From positions 1 to 64,000 of the forward strand of contig MU626374.1 in NCBI GenBank assembly GCA_025603075.1: DNA of 64,000 nucleotides, in the 5' to 3' direction. The notes beneath the pieces were generated by a model. That model searched no databases and was not told the origin of the DNA. It saw nothing but the letters and a program-made list of their open reading frames with translations. This DNA is from Neoconidiobolus thromboides FSU 785. Taxonomy: Eukaryota; Fungi; Entomophthoromycota. How positions within the stretch are numbered: the first letter of the stretch is position 1; every line of letters begins with the position of its first letter. Below are positions 57,688-64,000 of this stretch, piece by piece. The translations under genes and the position numbers were made by a program.

Positions 57688-60600
57688 TTAACTCGACTTA
57701 GGCACTCCCTTATTGAATGTAACGCAACGCTCCATAAACTCAATGAGTTCTGCCTGATCTTTAATAAATGGTTGTTCTACGAGTGCATACACTGGATCTT
57801 CATAAAGATCTGTAAGTAAGCACCAGATGCCCCATGGTACTGGGTTCTTTAATACTACACGGTCAATTAAGACTCTATAAAATAATAAGCAACTTGCTTA
57901 CAGCATAATAGTTAATGTAATTACCTTATAATCTGTTCCTTAGCAAAGATGTTGGTAGCGGTGGAATATAGACCAAGGATCACCTGAGAAAAGTAACAGG
58001 TATGCAAGTTAGGATATCTTAGTTGACAGATCAAAGCATTCAAAAAGATAAAGCGACCTAAAAATAAACTCAATATCAAATAAGTTTAAAACATCAAACT
58101 TCTAGTATTACCTTGTGGATCAAAGTCAATTAATAATTTCTGATAAATATCCATAGCAGACTGGCGTGGAGTAGAAGCATTTTTATCTGGGTTAGTTTGT
58201 AAGTCAGTAATACCGACAAAGAGAGCAAGGCAATAGATAAGGGATTGATCATACTCTTGCATCTCTTCTGTTTTATATAATTTGGCTTTCAGATCGACTA
58301 AAAACTCAATCTGATCTCTATCCGTTATATGGTTGCGAATGAAATCGGCGATTCCCTTCTTTTCCAAGGGTGTGGTATAATCGGAAAATACAGGTGGTGC
58401 AACCAAATACTCGGGTTTAGGATTACTGCTATAGTATTTAAAGGAAGGTCTGGGATACTCAAAGTTAGCAGGGGTAGCAGCCGAAATCAAGGATGAAATC
58501 TGAGCACAAGAGATGGGAAGTTCAGATACCAATCCAAAATGATGTGAAACCATAAACTGTGGGTAATCATGCATGACAGAAATAGTTAAGCGAATAGCTC
58601 CAAGGTAGAAATCCCATCCAGTTTTTGAATGGGTTGGCACCATGATCGTAGATAAAAATCGGAAAAGATAACTGAATTGCACCTGAGCATGCTCCCAGCC
58701 TCGTTTGTTGTCTAGAGCCATAAGCTTGGGGAAGAATAGCTTGTGTGAGATTAGGCTTACCCAAGCATAAGCAAAGCCAGGCAATATTTCAGGTTGTAAG
58801 GGTGATAATGATTTATTAAATGCTAATATTAAATTAGGTTGGATAGCAATAAGCTTGTCTTCTTGAGAATTGAGATGGTAAAGTATGCTTGAATAAAGTC
58901 TATAAAATGGTTTAGGATTGAAGCTTTTTTCTTTTTTATGATGAGCATGGACTAACATAAGAGCCAACACAGTCAAAGTATTGGTAAACAATCCAGTACG
59001 TGAAGCATGAGTTTCATTGTGTTGATCTTGAGCATAGATAATGATAGTGATAATCATTTTAGCCATCGAATCAATATGGTGGTAAATTGGTTTACTCATA
59101 TCGATTTCATCTTTAGAATTCTCAGCATATAGATCAAATGAAATTTGTACTGAAGTTCTGATAAACATTGCCATCATCTGCTCATCTTGAAGGATACCAT
59201 GTTGAGATAACTTAGAAACAAACTCATAATAATCCTTTTCATTAGGATTTGACAACATATAAACCCTTGTCCACTCATTATAATAAAAGTGGCAAGTGTT
59301 TTGTAATTCTTGTTCTCTCTTTTTACTGTCATATTGATTCTTAATATCATCAAGGATGGCCATGATTTGTTCTGAAGTATGGTTCATTCGAGACAATTTA
59401 AGCAAGCCTTCTCTGGTATGAGCGAAGCTATCCAAGTTGCCAACGCATGGTTCATCTAAAATACATCTACTAATCAATTTAAGACTGTAATCAACGATAT
59501 CCCCTCTTCCTTGTTGTATTAATTTGCCCAAATACTCATCAAGTTCGTCAAATTCAAGCAAGTCATTGATGATTAAAGACTTAGTAATCACAGGATTATA
59601 TTTGTAAACATCTTCTGAGTAGATAAAGAAATGATTAACTCTTCTGGTAACAATGTTTGAAAGAGGACATAAACGGGTTAAAAGATGGATATACACTTGT
59701 TGGGCTCCATTTGACTTGGCAGAATAAATACGCGTAATATATTTCTTAGCGATTTCATAAAGAAGCACATCCCTTCTGGCAATATGATTTAAAATCTCAT
59801 CAATCGCATTGAATATCTTAAACATCATCGTTTGGTCAAGTGCATCTTTATCTTCTTGTAAGATATCTAATCGACGATCTAAACCATTGATAATATTTAA
59901 TAAATTATCTAAGGCTCTTTCATCTGAAGCTTGTAGTCTAAGTTGGTCCTCACCATTACGTATGTATTCCAAAGTTTCAGGTTGCAAATGATTGATAAAT
60001 TCCTCTTTACTGACTTCATCAGGTATTTCAAACTTTAAGAGATTAAATCGTTGATATAACCTTAATTGAGCAGGTGTAACGCCAGTTGGTTTTAACTTCA
60101 AAATTTCTGGTGCCATTGGTGGTAATTGGTTACTAGCGTTGTAGTTGCCTACATCATAATATGACTGTCCTCTGGCTTCTCTCGTTTTCTTACGGTTACC
60201 GATGGCATCTTGTAAGTATTGGTCAATAAAACGTGGAGCATCTTTAAGAGCCATTGTTTGGATGGCATACAAACCAACTCTTACATTATTCGTAACAACA
60301 TCTTCAAGCTCTTTTGGAGCTTGAATTAATGGAAAGAGATTATTCTTTACTAATTGTTCTCTTAAGGCATCCATAAAACATTTGATAAATGACTCTTTAT
60401 AATTGGCATGGATATATGCAACCACAGTGGAGCCACTCATTTGATGAGCAGCTTGACGAAGTTTTTCTTCATCAGGCTCCATGGCGAAGTCTTTGGTAAT
60501 AAGCACTTTAGTAAATTGAAATACAATGGGCAAGGCATGTTCTTTGACTTCAAGGTAGGTTTTTGTGATGGCGACTTCAAGTGCAATAAATGCAGCCATG

Positions 60601-63360
60601 GTAAGGTTTTTATCCTGAGCGAACGAAGAATTGGGATCGATATAAACATGTTTATTTAAGTTTTTGATATCGAATAGTTCGCCATTGATCTTCATACCAA
60701 CCGTTCTTGAAATTTCTTGATCTGCATAAAGCTCGATATTCATGAGGAGATTGGAGGGTTCAATGTCATTAGTCTTTAAATTAAATTTATTAAATAACAT
60801 CTCAATCTCAAAATTTAAATTATTTTTGCTGCCTGGTATTTTTGACAATTCAAGTAAAAACTTTAAAATACCCATCAACCAAGGATTTGGTGGTAAGAAT
60901 ACATCTCCTTTGATTCCCTGTGCTAATACTTTACATGTAAATGGAATAGCAACAATTAATCTCTTATCTAAATAGCCTTCAATTAAGGTGCCCTAAATAT
61001 TATTAGTAACTGTATTAAAATGACACTATAATTTAACTTACCTTTAAATAAAGTTTATCGTGCAAAATAGGCTTATTTTTAGCTAAAGTGATGGCACCTA
61101 ACCAACTACCCAATGTTTTTAACAAGGCTCTTTCATCTGCAGAATTGGCTGTGCCCTCAGATTTTAAAAGAATGTGAATGTTCTTATAGGTATCATCCAA
61201 AATCATGTTACTCAATTCCTGCTCAGCCACCATATCCAAAAATTGGAGGTAAACAGGATGATTATTGATCTCAGTACTGATTCTTCTTACAACGATATAA
61301 TCACTGAAAAAGGAATAAGCAGAATTATTGATGATCGATTTGAATTCTTTGACCTTGTCTGCGATATTTGTACTCGATAAATTATTAATTAAGAATACCA
61401 ATTTCTCTTGCAGTTCTTTGTTCAATTCAATATCTCCTTGCTTTTGTTTGGAACTTAGTAAAGTATCAACCGAAGCGGCACTAAAGGAAGGTGCGCCCTT
61501 TTCTTGTGGACTATTGAAGCTGTTTTGGTTAAAAGTCAAATCGTTTAAGTGTTCATTATCTTCAGAATCATCATAATTTTGTGGTGGATTTACTCTACTT
61601 ACATCTTCGGCTTGTGAACCAATGTTCTCCTGATAAAACGTAGGAATAGTCTCAAGGAGATGAGGCTGCTTCTTGAAGAATTCATCTAATAAAGGTATCT
61701 TGTTAATACACCCTTTGATTTGTGACATAGCAATCAACGAAAAGTTATTTAACTTTGATTTTTTAGGCTTGTTAAGACCATTAGCAATACACAACACAAG
61801 CATCTTATTATAACTATAAATTATAGCTTTTTGGGCTACTAATTGTCCTAATAAAAGTGCAGTAAGCCCAAGTTCCATATCAGGGTAAGCTGTTAATTGA
61901 TAGTACTCTTCAATTAAAAGAGCAATTGAAGAGGCATAAAGAGCTAACTTTCTGGGCTCAGTAGAACTGCGATAATTAATCAAAATTTCTGCCAAATCAG
62001 AAGGACGAAATTGGCTTCTGTATAAGCGCTCATATAAGCTATTGACTTCTTTTTCAACATCACTAGGAAACTTAAGAAAGATATTATCTTGCTGAATAAA
62101 ATCCAATAATAGTTGTTGGAAAGGGGAGTAATGATCAGTTAAAACCTTAAGGCAGGCTTTGATATGGACCTCTTGTGTACGGGTGATCTTATTTTTTAAA
62201 AAAATCTGAAAAAAGACTGCGATTGTTTCATATGTTAAATTATCTAAGTCGCCTAATTCTGCTTCAGGCACGAGTTTCTTGTGCACACGACGAATAAAAT
62301 CCAATACTTTAACTAAAAAGACGTCATCAAACGCATCAAATTTATCCTCAATCCAGTGCTGGAAATTAATGTATCGCTTTTGATAAGCCAAAGCAATCAG
62401 AGGAAGTGTAAAATCGAAATCATTAGAGAAGTAAAGTGCACTTATTAAATCCAATTCTTTAAATATTCGTATGGTAGGAACAAGGTACTTATCATCTGAA
62501 ATAGTACAATGATACATACCTTCAAAAAGAGCTGTACTATCTAAGATCCAATTCATGTACAAAGAAAAGGAACCATCAAGCGTGCCATCCAAAAACTGAG
62601 CATATAATTTGCTAAGAGTGTTTCTATGCCAAATATTTTTAAATGGTAAAAAGATAATCAAGCCTAAAAAAATCAAATCAGGATCGGTTTTTAAACCTTC
62701 TTCAAAGAGAACAAAGGCAGGTGACTTATCAGACTTATTAATGTTCATCAAACAAGTTTCAATGAGATGGACATTGATCCATGGACTAGAACTGAGTTGA
62801 TTGGCCCTCTCCCTAATTCTTGGATCACTTAAGGAGGCTGGGTTAGGCAAAACACTATGTACAGACAAGGTAGCAATATTAATTAACTCTGTAGGTGCAG
62901 CTATGGCTTGAGACAAAAAGGAAAACTGAACTTCTTTGCACTTCCAAATCTCCCAAAACACCGTAATAGGATGAAACTCATTGGAGCGAGTAATATATTT
63001 ATACGACATGATAGCTACTGTGATGGAATCAAGCGTTTCAAATACGATACCAGGCTTATCTAAGCTAAAAAAAGCTTTACGCCAGTCTAAAGGTTTAGCT
63101 AAGCGTGCAAAAAAGGTAGATAAGCTTTCAATGAACATGGGGATCATGGTTTTGGATATAAAGAATCCAGAATCTTGATCATTTTTACTATTGGTCCAGT
63201 TCACCAGAACTGAAAGAATCGCACCATACACTTCTTCAAGCGCCGTTTGCTCACTAAGCTGGATTTCATCTAAAAGACTTTGGATAGCACCAACAGATTC
63301 TAAGCAAGGTGGTCCTTTTTGAATAATGGCTTTTCGGATAACGTCAAAAGTGGTTGGCAT
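57688..63360 (-). CDS. NOT1: CCR4-NOT scaffold subunit NOT1 (multi-exon)
   Basis: KLVFLINNLS, FFSDYIVVRRISTEINNHPVYL, LLKTLGSWLG, PGFAYAWVSLISHKLF, FLNALICQLRYPNLHT, VPWGIW. Four exons joined by GT-AG introns; stop TAA 57688-57690. The 5' end may extend further upstream. Confidence 0.95.
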
Positions 63361-63477
63361 GATAAAAATAGATTGCTGTTAGTTTTTCAGGGTTAAAGTG
63401 TTAGGTCTAGAAATAGATTGGAACTTTTTTGTTTTAGAAATATTAAATTAAATAGCACTTCTTTTAAAAAAGATATC

Positions 63478-63843
63478 TTAGTTTATACACAACGTCAGTA
63501 ATAAATCTACAAACTTTTTTAGTAACGACGATTGAAAAAGTGAGTTTATCTAAAATTTAAGTGTTAGTTAGTAGTTAATGTTGGCACATTATATTGTGAT
63601 AATTCAATTTATAAAAATATAATTTGAATAATGAATAAACTCACCTGATTTTGTATTTCAAAAGAAAAAAATAATAAAATAGAACAATCCCAAAGTAATT
63701 TATACAATTTTAAGCCTTCTAGAATTAATCTATTAGTTTAACATTCCTTAATTGAATTCTCTTACTTACGGATAGTGGCTAACAAGGTGGGATAATAATT
63801 TTAGATACAAAAGCTGGAGTTGAAAATCTTGGTACTTCAACAT
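63478..63843 (-). other. Candidate small spliced ORF (76 aa), extra NOT1 5' exons, or 3' remnant of an upstream gene
   Basis: Two introns with strong signals (63730-63769 GTAAGT..CTAATAG; 63550-63644 GTGAGT..CTAAC..TTTAG). The only open frame of the middle exon is continuous from ATG 63843 to TAA 63478. Confidence 0.3.
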
Positions 63844-64000
63844 AAGTTAAAATTGTGCAATGAATTGTAGCCAATTAAAATAGGCGAACTCAAAGCTCAT
63901 GCAAAATAGCAAAAATAAAGTCCAACTTTAAGTTTTGATTACGTGGGGAGGGGATAGTGCCATAAAGCTGGCTTTTAACATTGTTCGAATGTAAATAGTG

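Overview
Very AT-rich eukaryotic genomic DNA (GC roughly a quarter by eye, not computed) with mostly short (about 45-60 nt) GT-AG introns and the standard genetic code. It is fungal (Zn2Cys6 factor, fused BTA1, fungal-type S41 peptidase); the base composition and expanded secreted/membrane families suggest an early-diverging fungus such as an entomophthoralean Conidiobolus/Neoconidiobolus relative (inference only). Housekeeping genes: TAF6 and TFA2 (head-to-head), beta-carbonic anhydrase, GMPPA-type GDP-mannose pyrophosphorylase, BTA1, TSR3, an SCOC/DUF2205-like gene absent from the ORF track, YRA1/ALYREF, histone H3 and NOT1. Accessory genes: two secreted CHAP-domain proteins (one with a Q/N prion-like region), a secreted 3D-domain protein, three DUF4203-like multi-pass membrane paralogs, a divergent pair of kelch-like type I membrane proteins, orphan ORFs and an S41 peptidase pseudogene. 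Mobile DNA: ten copies of a ~97 bp MITE with 4 bp AWWT target duplications, a 628 bp TGT..ACA long-TIR element, a 353 bp foldback element and a Merlin/ISXO2-like transposase relic. No rRNA, tRNA or CRISPR array was recognised. The best candidate novel system is the set of eukaryotised, secreted bacterial-cell-wall-hydrolase-like proteins (CHAP x2, 3D). All calls come from manual reading and motif recall; no searches were run.
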